NCBI GenBank assembly: GCA_902514105.1
Contig: CABXPU010000003.1
Span: forward strand, 621-64,620
Length of the DNA: 64,000 bases
DNA from: an uncultured SAR86 cluster bacterium
Lineage (GTDB): Bacteria; Pseudomonadota; Gammaproteobacteria; Magnimaribacterales; D2472
Direction: 5' to 3'
The position numbers and the translations under genes were made by a program. Below are positions 8,064-18,153 of this stretch, piece by piece (position 1 is the first letter of the stretch; each line of letters starts with the position of its first letter). A model generated the notes under the pieces. The model worked only from the letters and a program-made list of their open reading frames with translations. It did no database searches and was not told the origin of the DNA.

Positions 8064-9102
8064 TTTTAGATTCCGCATATACATATTTTAAAGTTGCATC
8101 AGATGACGGATAAGGATCACTCATTGCCTTATCCCAGGCAGATTTCATACTTTCTTCAAGTTCATTATTTAAATCCACTTCTTGATTTTGAGACCACATT
8201 TCAGCATCAATCATTGCTTTAGACAAACGCTTAATAGGATCTCTTTTTCTCCAATTTTCAATATCATCGAGAGACCTCTCAACACCCACATCCACATCAT
8301 CTCTCCAATCAACATGCCCATACCATCGGTAAGTAACCAACTCTATTAGCGCAGGACCTTTTCCAGAACGAATATCATCAATTAATTCTTTAGAGGCTTT
8401 AGCAATAGCAACAACATCATTCCCATCTACTAATTTGTAGGGGATATCATTAGCAACTGCAAATCTTGAAATCATATCGCTTGGCTGTCTAAGTGAAATA
8501 TTCATATGGCTTGCAAATAAATTATTTTCAATCACAAATAACATTGGAGCATCTTGAATCTTTGCTAAGTTAAATGACTCATGAACTACACCCTCTTCTA
8601 CTGCCCCATCTCCAATATATGCTAGACCTATATGATCTGTTTCTTGGAGTTTAGCAGCTATTGCCGCACCTAAGGCTAAAGCCACCGTACCCGCAACAAT
8701 AGGTACCGATCCATAAAAACCATTTTGTTGATCGTATAGATGCATTGACCCTCCCATGCCTTTGGAAAATCCAGTTTCTTTACCCAACACTTCTGCAAAT
8801 AATCTATAAAAATCAGGATTTAACGCAAGCAAATGAGAATGAGAACGATGCGCACCAAAAATGTAATCCGTACTTTTTAGGTTTTGCGAGATGCCGACTG
8901 CAATTGCTTCTTGACCTACACCCAGATGAACCGGGCCACCAATTAATCCATTCTTTCTACCAAGGGCCAAATGCTGTTCAGCCTTTCTAATTAGAAGCAT
9001 TGATTTCAACATAGGTTTTAATGAGCCAATATCTTGATTAGCGATTGAAACCGCACCATGACACTTTTCTGGATTAGATAGGTCTTTTAAATCATTTTTC
9101 AT
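8053..9102 (-). CDS. TPP-dependent E1-alpha-like subunit
   Basis: HLGVGQEA, HRSH, GMGGSMH, TPP motif GDGAVEEG...ENN, TYRWYGH. Confidence 0.9.
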   Translation of the reverse strand: MKNDLKDLSNPEKCHGAVSIANQDIGSLKPMLKSMLLIRKAEQHLALGRKNGLIGGPVHLGVGQEAIAVGISQNLKSTDYIFGAHRSHSHLLALNPDFYRLFAEVLGKETGFSKGMGGSMHLYDQQNGFYGSVPIVAGTVALALGAAIAAKLQETDHIGLAYIGDGAVEEGVVHESFNLAKIQDAPMLFVIENNLFASHMNISLRQPSDMISRFAVANDIPYKLVDGNDVVAIAKASKELIDDIRSGKGPALIELVTYRWYGHVDWRDDVDVGVERSLDDIENWRKRDPIKRLSKAMIDAEMWSQNQEVDLNNELEESMKSAWDKAMSDPYPSSDATLKYVYAESKNDS

Positions 9103-9134
9103 TTATATTTCCAGGTAAAATTAGTAAAGTTTAA

Positions 9135-10013
9135 CTAAGAAATTGAAGCCCAATTATCTTCAATTTGCTTAGGATTTTTTATCCCAAGAATAACAGAATG
9201 TACATTTTTTTGCATTAATGGCCATTTAATTGCATATTGCAATAAACTAATATTTTTTTTAGCCGCTTCAATTTTTAAATTTTCAATTTGATCTAATGCA
9301 TGAAGATACTGGCTACCTTTGAATAAAGGTAATCTTGAGCGTCTATCATTTATCGGAAATATAGAATTTTTATCATACTTTCCAGTAAGTAGGCCATTTG
9401 CTAATGCGTTATAAGCAATGATTTTAATCTCATTCGTAAAACAAATATCTGAAATATTTTTATTTATTGGCCTGTCAAGAATATTTACTGGCATCTGCAG
9501 ATAATCTACTTGAGAAACGCTACAAGCTTGCTGTACTTGCTTTGAAGAAAAATTAGAACAACCTATAGATTTTATCTTACCTTCATCCTTAAGTTTCATA
9601 AGCTCACTAAAAGTTTCTTTAATTAATATATTGTCATCTGGCCAGTGCACAAAAAAAATGGGTAATACTTCAAGGCGCAATCTTTTTAAACTACTTTCTA
9701 CATCCCTCCTTATAGCTTTGGGTGAGCTATCTCGAGTCACAATGGCACGCGTAGATGTCTCATTATTTTTCCATGAAAGCCCACCTTTGGTTGCAATAAT
9801 AACATCATGCCTTTGCTCTCCTAAAATTTTTGATAGCCTCTCTTCAGATAAGCCGAGGCCGTAAATCCCAGCTGTATCGAAAAAATTTATACCTAAATCA
9901 AGAGATTTATGAATTGCATTTTTTATATCATCAATTTCAACATCACCCCAATCAGTTCCTCCAAGCGGCTCACAGCCGAAACAAATTGGAGATAGTTTTG
10001 TTTCTATTGTCAT
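9135..10013 (-). CDS. Aldo/keto reductase
   Basis: GINFFDTAGIYGLGLSE, ATKGG, SLKRL, HWPD, GKIKSIGCSNF, LANGLLTGKY. Confidence 0.92.
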   Translation of the reverse strand: MTIETKLSPICFGCEPLGGTDWGDVEIDDIKNAIHKSLDLGINFFDTAGIYGLGLSEERLSKILGEQRHDVIIATKGGLSWKNNETSTRAIVTRDSSPKAIRRDVESSLKRLRLEVLPIFFVHWPDDNILIKETFSELMKLKDEGKIKSIGCSNFSSKQVQQACSVSQVDYLQMPVNILDRPINKNISDICFTNEIKIIAYNALANGLLTGKYDKNSIFPINDRRSRLPLFKGSQYLHALDQIENLKIEAAKKNISLLQYAIKWPLMQKNVHSVILGIKNPKQIEDNWASIS

Positions 10014-10648
10014 GGCTTGATATTTAACCTTGTTATGTTTTGAACACCCAGTAGATTACATGCTGTTTCTATTAGAATACGAGCATCCATAAGAAATGTG
10101 CGCTCTTGAACGTAACGGATGCGAAGTATATTTTTGATTGGCTCGATCTCAGTTTCATATTTATTATCTACATCAATATCCCCTAAAGTTTGATCCATGC
10201 TAGAAAAATATAATGATGCCAAATCTGTTATTCCTGGTTTAACAGAAAGAATCAAAATTTCTTTATCTGTGTATTTACTTGTGTAGTACAAAACCTGAGG
10301 TCTTGGCCCGACGAGTGACATTTCACCACTAAGTACATTAAAAAATTGTGGCAGCTCATCAAGCTTATATTTTCTTAAAAATTGTCCAACTTTAGTAACC
10401 CTTTCATCGTTACTCGCAGTAGAAAAGCCACCTTTCTTTTCTGCATTATCCACCATAGTTCGAAATTTATATATTTGAAAAACCTCTCTATTGACAGCAG
10501 ACCTAATTCCTTTATATATGATTGGGCCTGGGGAATCGAGTCGAATCATAATTGATATTATTAATAAAAAAGGTAGCGTAATAACTATAGCTACAACAGA
10601 TAGCACAATATCAAGAAATCTTTTAAAGAATAAATAATACATTAACAA
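10010..10648 (-). CDS. Priming polyprenol-phosphate phosphoglycosyl transferase (bacterial sugar transferase)
   Basis: KRFLDI, KFRTM, LRKYKLDELPQFFNVLSGEMSLVGPRP, KPGIT. Confidence 0.93.
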   Translation of the reverse strand: MLMYYLFFKRFLDIVLSVVAIVITLPFLLIISIMIRLDSPGPIIYKGIRSAVNREVFQIYKFRTMVDNAEKKGGFSTASNDERVTKVGQFLRKYKLDELPQFFNVLSGEMSLVGPRPQVLYYTSKYTDKEILILSVKPGITDLASLYFSSMDQTLGDIDVDNKYETEIEPIKNILRIRYVQERTFLMDARILIETACNLLGVQNITRLNIKP

Positions 10649-10665
10649 GCCTATACATAGGAAAA

Positions 10666-11778
10666 TTAGACGTTTAGGTCCATAATTTTAATCATCTGTT
10701 TATTAACCTCGTGCACGTCAAACTTTTCTTCTGCAATTCGACGACTGGCAATACCCATATCTTTAATCAAACCATTATTTTCAATAAACCAAATCATTTT
10801 TTGCGCCAATATCTTTTCATCTTTTACAGGAACTGTAAAACCATTAACACCATTAATAACTGTTTCTTTACATCCCACGGAATTAGTAGTCAAAATAGCT
10901 CTTCCCATTGACATGGCCTCAAGTGTGCTTCTGGGGAGTCCTTCATGGTATGAAGGTAATACAAAAACATGACATTTTTCTATAACTTTTCTAACATCAT
11001 TTACGGGTCCTAAATATTCAATACTTCCAGACTTGGCCCATGAATTAACTTCTGATACATCAATACCATCTGGTGATGGATCTAAATCACCCACCAATAA
11101 AAATTTTACCCTCGGATATTTCTGTTTAACAATTTTCGCTGCAATTGCATATTCACGAATTCCTTTTGCATTTAAGAGTCTACCTATGCATAAAAATACT
11201 ATATTTGAAGACTTTGGAAGCTCTTCGATTTTATAATGATCAAGATCAACACCCGAGCCAGGAACAACGTGACATTTATTTTTATCAACTATACCTCTTT
11301 CATTAAACTCCATCATATTGTCAGTATTTTGGAACATTACTGAGCAAGATTTTTTTAATGCAGACTTATAAAGATTAGAAACTAAAACTAACAGCAATTT
11401 TTTTAAATAAGAGCCGCCTTGAAAAGAGTACCCTAAACCTGTAATAAGAGCATTAAATCTAATATTAAATACTCTAGATGCAAGACCTCCCCAAATAATA
11501 GGCTTAATTGTATATGCTAAAACCACATCAGGTTTATTTTTATAAATTAATTTACATAAATCAAAAAAAGTTAAAATATCAGCAATAGGGTTAATCGAAC
11601 TCCTCTTAATTCTAATGGGTATGTGCTTGTCCAACATTGCTTCCAAATGTTTTGATCTTTCACATAAATCTGGCGAGGCAGCCATTACAAAAGTATTATT
11701 TTCTTTTAATTGAGAAATAAGATGTCCGCGCATATTTACTAAAGAGTAAGAATAGTTTGAGATTATAAGAAATTTCAT
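10666..11778 (-). CDS. Glycosyltransferase family 4 (PglA/CapM-like)
   Basis: YTIKPIIWG, ITGLG, FQN, GSGVD, GRLLNAKG, PSYHEGLPRSTLEAM. Confidence 0.92.
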   Translation of the reverse strand: MKFLIISNYSYSLVNMRGHLISQLKENNTFVMAASPDLCERSKHLEAMLDKHIPIRIKRSSINPIADILTFFDLCKLIYKNKPDVVLAYTIKPIIWGGLASRVFNIRFNALITGLGYSFQGGSYLKKLLLVLVSNLYKSALKKSCSVMFQNTDNMMEFNERGIVDKNKCHVVPGSGVDLDHYKIEELPKSSNIVFLCIGRLLNAKGIREYAIAAKIVKQKYPRVKFLLVGDLDPSPDGIDVSEVNSWAKSGSIEYLGPVNDVRKVIEKCHVFVLPSYHEGLPRSTLEAMSMGRAILTTNSVGCKETVINGVNGFTVPVKDEKILAQKMIWFIENNGLIKDMGIASRRIAEEKFDVHEVNKQMIKIMDLNV

Positions 11779-11783
11779 AATTT

Positions 11784-12890
11784 TTATATGGTTAACTCAG
11801 CGAAGAATTCTTCAAACTTTTTTTCTGGCAAATGATTTTTTCTTACCTTATTGCTAACTAAACTAAGATCGTAGAAATTTCTTGATTTTTTTATATTTAA
11901 AAATGCCTCAATTTTCGTCTGAAAGTTATTTAAAGAGCCATCAAATAGGGCTATGGAAGCCTCATCAGGAATTACTTCTTTTACAGATTCTATGCTATTT
12001 GCAATTACTGGGGTTTTAGAAATCATAGCTTCCAATAATGCATTGGGCTGACCTTCATTAATTGAAGGAAAAACAAAAAGATCTATTGTTGAAAAAAAAC
12101 TAGTCAAATTAGTGCACACACCCGGAGCAAGAATATGATTTTTGTGCAAAGAATTCCTTGAAATTTCGTTAACCGCGCCCTTGACACCTTTACCATATAG
12201 AAGAAAATAAACATTAGGATATTTTTGAACAATGGGATCAACAACTGAAAGGATATAACCATGATTCTTTGCAGCTACATACCTTCCAAGATGCCCTATA
12301 ATGATTGAATCTTTAGGTATATTCAGCTCCTGTCTATTTAAATTGCGATCCTTATTGGAAGTTTCAATATATGGAATTCCATTACCAATCACTTTATATT
12401 TATTGTCATCTAGATTCCATTTAGGATGAAAGTTGTTTAAAGAAACTTTTGAATTCGAAAGGATTGCAGTTGAATTATTTTTAACTAAATAATTTGAAAT
12501 TTTTGCATAAATTGACTTCAGTATAGATTTCTTAAATTGATGTTCACTTTCACGATAAAAAGTTATGCGTTTTTTTATGCCTATAATTCTTCCTATCAAC
12601 AAAATAAGTCCAGAAAAATCACCTGAAAAATCGCAAATGGCATCAAAATTATTTCTTTTTAAATACGAATAGAACCAAAAGTGATCATTAAATGACATGT
12701 AATCAATATGCTTGACCTCAATATTAACACCTAACTCTTCATAATCATCTGCAAGAGTTCCTCTTTTGCCTTTCCTGCATAATACAACTGAATTTAATTT
12801 ATTATTAAAAAGTGTAAGGAATCGTAGCAAGTACATTTCTACACCCCCAACTTCCAAAGATGAAACAATAAATAGAGTTCTATTTTTCAT
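11784..12890 (-). CDS. Glycosyltransferase family 4
   Basis: GGVE, NGI, GRYVAAKNH, FPSINEGQPNALLEAM. Confidence 0.88.
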   Translation of the reverse strand: MKNRTLFIVSSLEVGGVEMYLLRFLTLFNNKLNSVVLCRKGKRGTLADDYEELGVNIEVKHIDYMSFNDHFWFYSYLKRNNFDAICDFSGDFSGLILLIGRIIGIKKRITFYRESEHQFKKSILKSIYAKISNYLVKNNSTAILSNSKVSLNNFHPKWNLDDNKYKVIGNGIPYIETSNKDRNLNRQELNIPKDSIIIGHLGRYVAAKNHGYILSVVDPIVQKYPNVYFLLYGKGVKGAVNEISRNSLHKNHILAPGVCTNLTSFFSTIDLFVFPSINEGQPNALLEAMISKTPVIANSIESVKEVIPDEASIALFDGSLNNFQTKIEAFLNIKKSRNFYDLSLVSNKVRKNHLPEKKFEEFFAELTI

Positions 12891-14365
12891 TTTATTGTTT
12901 CACGAAATAGAAAAACATGATTAATCTGGATAATTACATAAATCATTATTACAGTTCCAATCTCCAAAAGTAATGCCGATCTAGCGAGATATAATGATTG
13001 AGAGAAATAAAATATTATAAATATAAATGGTAGTATTTTTATCTCAGTAGAACCCGTCAATACTCCTTCATACCTTGATAACAACCTCCCAAAAGCAAAC
13101 ATAAATAACATTACGCCAATCCATCCAAAGTCAAGATACAAATCTGAAATAATTGTTGTACCATCCCCATAATCTATATCACGATCTAAAAATTCTACTT
13201 GAATTAAGTAAGAGGTAAACATTGCAGACCCCTGTCTTTTTATATCTCCATCTAAAGCAACATTAAAAAATAACCCTCCTAGGCCGGGGATTGCAGACAA
13301 TAAATACTGAAACTGATTAACTCCATACTGATAGTCATATACTTCTGGAACCTGCAAAACAACATGATTTAATGATCTTTCAGAAGTTGCTAGATTTATA
13401 AAAGAATCTATGAGGGTTGGAGTCTCAAAATATATTGAGCCAGTTTGTTCTGTTGTATTAATTACCCTGTCTACATAACCATCGGCTAAAGTCCTCGTTC
13501 TTGATTCGGCAATGATTGTAAGAACAAAAGCACCAAGTATTATAATGATTAGAAATGTTTTTAAGCTGATATTTTTTTTTCTTGCATAGAAAAAACCTAC
13601 AATTGCTAATGTAACTGATATTAAAGGACCACGATCACCTGTATATACTGACATAAGCATATACATCATGATCAAAGTTAGTAATAAGTACCCAAAACTT
13701 GATATATATTGAAAAAAATTTAAATTTTTCATTTCGACCTGAGAGTAAGAAAAAATCTTCAAAATTACAGCAGAATAAAAAAACCAATTAAAAAAGGTAA
13801 AAAGATATCTAGATAAAGCGCTAGTTTCAATACCGTAAAGGCCAGATATATAAGATGGGGTGGAAACTAGAAATGCTCCAAAAGTTATATATGCAATAGT
13901 AACAATGAAAAAGATGCTTTTATTAGATTTATAATTCTTTGAAAAATCTTTTTGCGCTAAGCTTTGTTTGGCTGGTCTTTTTACTTTTGTAACCCCTATT
14001 AAAAAGGAGATTAAACCAATCGTGGAGAGACTTAATGGGGTGTCGATTCTAGTTATATCATAATAAAGAAAACTCTCAAATGCTCCTAATACATCTGTAT
14101 TAATTAAACGCAAAATAGAAAATAGAAAAAAAACATTTACATAGCCAATAATAAAAATAGGCGTTAATGACATGAAAGTCATGTTTTTATTATAAATTTT
14201 TATCCAAACATAAAAGAGAACAATGCTTAAGAAAACGAAACTCAGCAACATTCCAGATAGCGCTCCATGTGTTGGTTCAATTTTTGAAACGAAATAAGCA
14301 ATCAGAGAAGCTGATAATAAAAAATACAATCCAATTTTTATAACGCTTACTTTTTTCATATGCAC
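12887..14365 (-). CDS. wzy: O-antigen/polysaccharide polymerase Wzy
   Basis: About 11-12 TM segments, GDRG motif, large loop and SDLYLDFGWIG segment; located among GTs with wzx and wzz. Confidence 0.75.
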   Translation of the reverse strand: MHMKKVSVIKIGLYFLLSASLIAYFVSKIEPTHGALSGMLLSFVFLSIVLFYVWIKIYNKNMTFMSLTPIFIIGYVNVFFLFSILRLINTDVLGAFESFLYYDITRIDTPLSLSTIGLISFLIGVTKVKRPAKQSLAQKDFSKNYKSNKSIFFIVTIAYITFGAFLVSTPSYISGLYGIETSALSRYLFTFFNWFFYSAVILKIFSYSQVEMKNLNFFQYISSFGYLLLTLIMMYMLMSVYTGDRGPLISVTLAIVGFFYARKKNISLKTFLIIIILGAFVLTIIAESRTRTLADGYVDRVINTTEQTGSIYFETPTLIDSFINLATSERSLNHVVLQVPEVYDYQYGVNQFQYLLSAIPGLGGLFFNVALDGDIKRQGSAMFTSYLIQVEFLDRDIDYGDGTTIISDLYLDFGWIGVMLFMFAFGRLLSRYEGVLTGSTEIKILPFIFIIFYFSQSLYLARSALLLEIGTVIMIYVIIQINHVFLFRETIK

Positions 14366-14370
14366 AGCGA

Positions 14371-14964
14371 TTAGTGATTTATTTTATTGTCATAATCAAC
14401 TCTATTAATATAACCTTCTGATCCTTTATCGGATATTACTTTTCCAGGAACGCCAACAACTACTGAATTGTCAGGAACATCTTTTGTAACCACGCAGTTC
14501 GATCCAATCGCCACGCTATTGCCTATTGAAATTGCGCCTACTATTTTAGCTCCTGGACCTATATAGACATTATCTCCTAAAATTGGAAACCCTTTTCTTG
14601 CACCTCTATTTGACTGTGCAATCGTAACACCTTGCTGAATATTACAGTTTTTTCCTATCACGCTCTTTGGATTGATCACAATTCCGCCAAAGTGGCCAAT
14701 ATAAAAGCCGCTTCCAATCTGAGCATGATGAGATATCGATATACCAAATTTATATACATAATGATTAAGAATGATTCTTGCAAATGGAAATAAAGTAAAC
14801 TTAAGAAAATTATTGCTATAGGAATAGCTACAAACCCTCATCCAAAATGTATACTTGTAAGCCTTACCCGCAAGAATATAACGAAATAAAGTCAAGATAC
14901 TTACTTTATTAGTAATTCTATACAAATCGGAAAAAATTAAATATTTAAACTTACTATACGTCAT
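14371..14964 (-). CDS. Hexapeptide-repeat acetyltransferase (CysE/WcaB-like)
   Basis: IGSGFYIGHFGGIVI, IGKNCNI, LGDNVYIGPGAKI, VVVGVPGK. Confidence 0.88.
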   Translation of the reverse strand: MTYSKFKYLIFSDLYRITNKVSILTLFRYILAGKAYKYTFWMRVCSYSYSNNFLKFTLFPFARIILNHYVYKFGISISHHAQIGSGFYIGHFGGIVINPKSVIGKNCNIQQGVTIAQSNRGARKGFPILGDNVYIGPGAKIVGAISIGNSVAIGSNCVVTKDVPDNSVVVGVPGKVISDKGSEGYINRVDYDNKINH

Positions 14965-14972
14965 AAACTACT

Positions 14973-15581
14973 CTAGTTATTATGATTAAGCATTGATTTA
15001 ACTGGCTTTGCAGGCACTCCACAAAAAACAGTATTGGCCGGACAATCTTTAGTAACAACAGAGCCTGCACCAACAACGCTTCCAGTTCTGATTGTAACGT
15101 CTTTAAGAATTCTACTGCCCGCACCAAGCCATACATTATCTTCAATACTAATTTTACCAGGTATTGAACCTGAATCTTTATGATTATCATTTATGTTACT
15201 AATGTCATGATCAAAACTTATCATCGATATATTATGAGAAATAGCTACATCATTACCTATTGAAATTCCTCCAAATGAATCAATATATGTAAATTCATGA
15301 ATAGAGACATTATTTCCAACACTTAGATTATGATAATTTTTTATAATAACGTAAGGAAATATTATGACTTTTTCTCCACAAGATGATGCAAGTCGTTGTA
15401 TGCATAAATATCTAATTGCAAAAGAAATACTAGACTCACCATTTCTAAACAGCGACATTAAAAATTTAGAAATATACTTAGGTGTATACCTCCAAAATCC
15501 AACAACAAAAGGTCTTATTATTAAGGCATAGCGAACAATTTTTGATTTCGATTTCATATCTTTTTTACTCTGTTTTATCAT
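14973..15581 (-). CDS. Hexapeptide-repeat sugar O-acyltransferase
   Basis: VGNNVSI, IGNDVAI, IEDNVWLGAG, VGAGSVVTKD, GVPAK. Start uncertain (ATG at 15581 or 15557). Confidence 0.85.
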   Translation of the reverse strand: MIKQSKKDMKSKSKIVRYALIIRPFVVGFWRYTPKYISKFLMSLFRNGESSISFAIRYLCIQRLASSCGEKVIIFPYVIIKNYHNLSVGNNVSIHEFTYIDSFGGISIGNDVAISHNISMISFDHDISNINDNHKDSGSIPGKISIEDNVWLGAGSRILKDVTIRTGSVVGAGSVVTKDCPANTVFCGVPAKPVKSMLNHNN

Positions 15582-16737
15582 AAAATGATCTCCTGTAAAA
15601 CTCACTTCTCTTTCTGTCTAAACTCGTCACTGTGTATTTTTCCGACTCTTTAATGTTTCTCTTGCATAGCTTTACGAGAGCTTCCTCTTTTGATGCTTTA
15701 ATAATTAGTGACGTAAACGTATCAACATCTTCTTGCTGATGAACAAAGTCACTCTCCAGCAATTCTGGTATTCCTCCAGCAGTTGAGCCAATGCATGCAC
15801 ACCCTCTGCTCATAGCTTCAATAACAGCTCTTGGCAATCCTTCTGTTTTACTTGGCTGCACGTATATATCAATCGAATCAAGCCATTTATTGATACCAAC
15901 TGGGTGTGAAAGTGTGCCCACAATATTAACAATCTTTCCAAGACCTAACCTTTCTATTGATTCTCTCAATTTAGAACCATCACCGCCACCAACAATATCA
16001 ATGTCATACTTTCCAGGAAATTTTCTTTCAAGAATACTTGCGCATTTGAATAATTGATCAAACCCTTTGTATTCAGAACCGAGAGCACCCATTATTCCGA
16101 TTCTTATTTTGCGATCAGGGAGTGTTTTAATATATTCCAGCCTTTCTAGATAAACCTGAGGATCTACCTCAATAACAACGTCTGAGCATCCTACCGAATT
16201 CTTGTATTTCGATGGGTATCTTTTCTGCAAAAATTTATTTGTAACATAAATAGTATTTTGTGAATAATGCACAGCAACTCTTGTTAAGAGGAACATCAGA
16301 GGGGCTGCAATTTTTGCAATTATTCCGCCATAATTGTAAAGGCTCTCCCACGGACAACCAACAACTTCGACTATTATCTTTTTTTTGTTTATTTTTGAAA
16401 GGGTATAACCTAAAAGGCCAATCGTAGAAGGCAATCTTACAATTGCAACATCCACATCAATCAATGCATTATTGATTTTTTTACAGGAGTCTAGATATGC
16501 TCTGACATTAATTGTAGATAGGTTGTCTATTTTTAAGAATGGCAATTTTGAACTAATATTTCCAACCAAAACAGGTACGCCACTCTCAATATTTTCTTCT
16601 TTACATCTAGTTGCCAGCGTAATGCTTGAAAACCACTTACCATATTCATCCACTTTCGTTTTGTTAAAACCGCCAGTTGAATAAAGAGTCTCGTTGGAAT
16701 TAATCAGTTTAATATCGTGAAAAAATATTGCTTTCAT
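15565..16737 (-). CDS. Glycosyltransferase family 4
   Basis: RLPS, EVVGCPW, YKG, QPSKTEGLPRAVIEAM, GGIPE. Confidence 0.9.
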   Translation of the reverse strand: MKAIFFHDIKLINSNETLYSTGGFNKTKVDEYGKWFSSITLATRCKEENIESGVPVLVGNISSKLPFLKIDNLSTINVRAYLDSCKKINNALIDVDVAIVRLPSTIGLLGYTLSKINKKKIIVEVVGCPWESLYNYGGIIAKIAAPLMFLLTRVAVHYSQNTIYVTNKFLQKRYPSKYKNSVGCSDVVIEVDPQVYLERLEYIKTLPDRKIRIGIMGALGSEYKGFDQLFKCASILERKFPGKYDIDIVGGGDGSKLRESIERLGLGKIVNIVGTLSHPVGINKWLDSIDIYVQPSKTEGLPRAVIEAMSRGCACIGSTAGGIPELLESDFVHQQEDVDTFTSLIIKASKEEALVKLCKRNIKESEKYTVTSLDRKRSEFYRRSFYDKTE

Positions 16738-16739
16738 AT

Positions 16740-17981
16740 TTATAGAGTCAATTTTAAAAATTTATTTTTCTTAAAAAATACAAACCATCCTACAATAATT
16801 AATATATAGCAAATAGCTGTGATCGTCGAAAAAACAGCTACAGCATCAAGTAAACTGAAGTAGTAATTAACAATAACAAAGGAAGAAGAAGATAATATTC
16901 CTATCCCCAAATCAAGACCGAGTAATTGTTTTTGTTTTTTAAAAATCAAAAACAAAACTCTAGTGGGAGCCATTACAAATAAGGCGCCAAAGGATAGCAC
17001 CATCCATTTTGCATAATTACCTGATTCAGACCATTCGCTTCCAAATATATAAACAAAAATATCTAATGAATACATAAACATAAGTAATATAGGAACAAAA
17101 ATAATAGAAGATAAATAAAGTACCATTTTTTTATACAAAGCCTTGAGTTCAAGGAACTTGCCATTATCTGTTAATATAGCAGCTTCTCTATAAAATACTC
17201 GTTTGACGGCTGCGCCTAAAATGCCTCCTGGTATTTGAACCATCTTCTTTGATAAAAAATAAAAACCAAGTGTGGCTGGACTGTATAGAAACCCTATTAT
17301 AAAAATAGGGAAATTGTCTAGAAAATACCCAGTTAAATTTTGTGGGGCAGTATAAAAAGGGAAAGCTTTATATTTTTTTATAACTCTTTTGATAGAATCA
17401 TAATTAGACTCTTTAAAAACCCTTGCAATATCAAATGTTGCGAACAGTACAATAACTGATATAAGTATTCCAGTAATGTTGCCTATAATTAAACCATATT
17501 CAGAAATATAAAAGTTAGCTATTAATAGCTGGCTTAGAACAACAATCAATGATTTTATTATTTGAGATTTCGAAATTACTTTATACATGACTAGCATGTT
17601 GGCATATGCCCACCAGATATTTGAAAAACTAAGGAGTAAAGCAGTAAACATTGAAAAAAGAGATAAAGGCCAATTTTCAATTCCAAAATATACCAACGAT
17701 AGCAACCCTGCTGCTATAGATATAACAAAAGCCAACATGAAGCATAATTTTACCAAGCTCATTGCATCTGGCCGATCTCCTTCTAAGACAATGGCAGATT
17801 CATATGACAATGTGCTGAACGTAGCTACAAAGGCTGAAATCGTTACAACAGTTGCCAATAACCCAAAATCTTCAGGGCTGTACAATCTTGTTAATATTGG
17901 TATAGCCAATATGGCTATTAATTGTGCAATTGCTGTTCCACTAACCAATGTAAAGATATTTTTTAAAAAAACTCTATTCAT
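16740..17981 (-). CDS. wzx: Oligosaccharide flippase Wzx
   Basis: SGTAIAQ...PILTRLYSPEDFG start typical of Wzx; about 12 TM segments; FGSEW..SG. Confidence 0.88.
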   Translation of the reverse strand: MNRVFLKNIFTLVSGTAIAQLIAILAIPILTRLYSPEDFGLLATVVTISAFVATFSTLSYESAIVLEGDRPDAMSLVKLCFMLAFVISIAAGLLSLVYFGIENWPLSLFSMFTALLLSFSNIWWAYANMLVMYKVISKSQIIKSLIVVLSQLLIANFYISEYGLIIGNITGILISVIVLFATFDIARVFKESNYDSIKRVIKKYKAFPFYTAPQNLTGYFLDNFPIFIIGFLYSPATLGFYFLSKKMVQIPGGILGAAVKRVFYREAAILTDNGKFLELKALYKKMVLYLSSIIFVPILLMFMYSLDIFVYIFGSEWSESGNYAKWMVLSFGALFVMAPTRVLFLIFKKQKQLLGLDLGIGILSSSSFVIVNYYFSLLDAVAVFSTITAICYILIIVGWFVFFKKNKFLKLTL

Positions 17982-17983
17982 AT

Positions 17984-18132
17984 TGAGCTCTCCCTCAAAA
18001 ATTGAACCATGATCTCGATGAGATTTCCAATTAACCTAATGGGTTGGAGTTCTCACAATAAAGAAATGTTAAACTGAAGAACAAATTATCAATGCCATTA
18101 AAGAGCATATGCAAGGCATCAGAGTAGATGAA
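17984..18132 (+). mobile_element. Decayed IS3-family (IS407-group-like) left end with pseudogenised orfA start
   Basis: Begins TGAGCTCTCCCTCAAAAATTGAACCA (TG terminus, IS3-like IR). After GGAG, 18058-18132 reads ATA AAG AAA TGT TAA ACT GAA GAA CAA ATT ATC... = (I)KKC*TEEQIINAIKEHMQGIRVDE, matching the MKKRYTEEQII..IK.HE.G..V pattern of IS407 OrfA. Confidence 0.72.
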
Positions 18133-18153
18133 AAAGCATATGTAAGCATTAAA

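Noticed and set aside
7080-9102. Housekeeping pyruvate dehydrogenase
   Set aside because: No E2/E3 partners nearby, and it is embedded in a glycan operon
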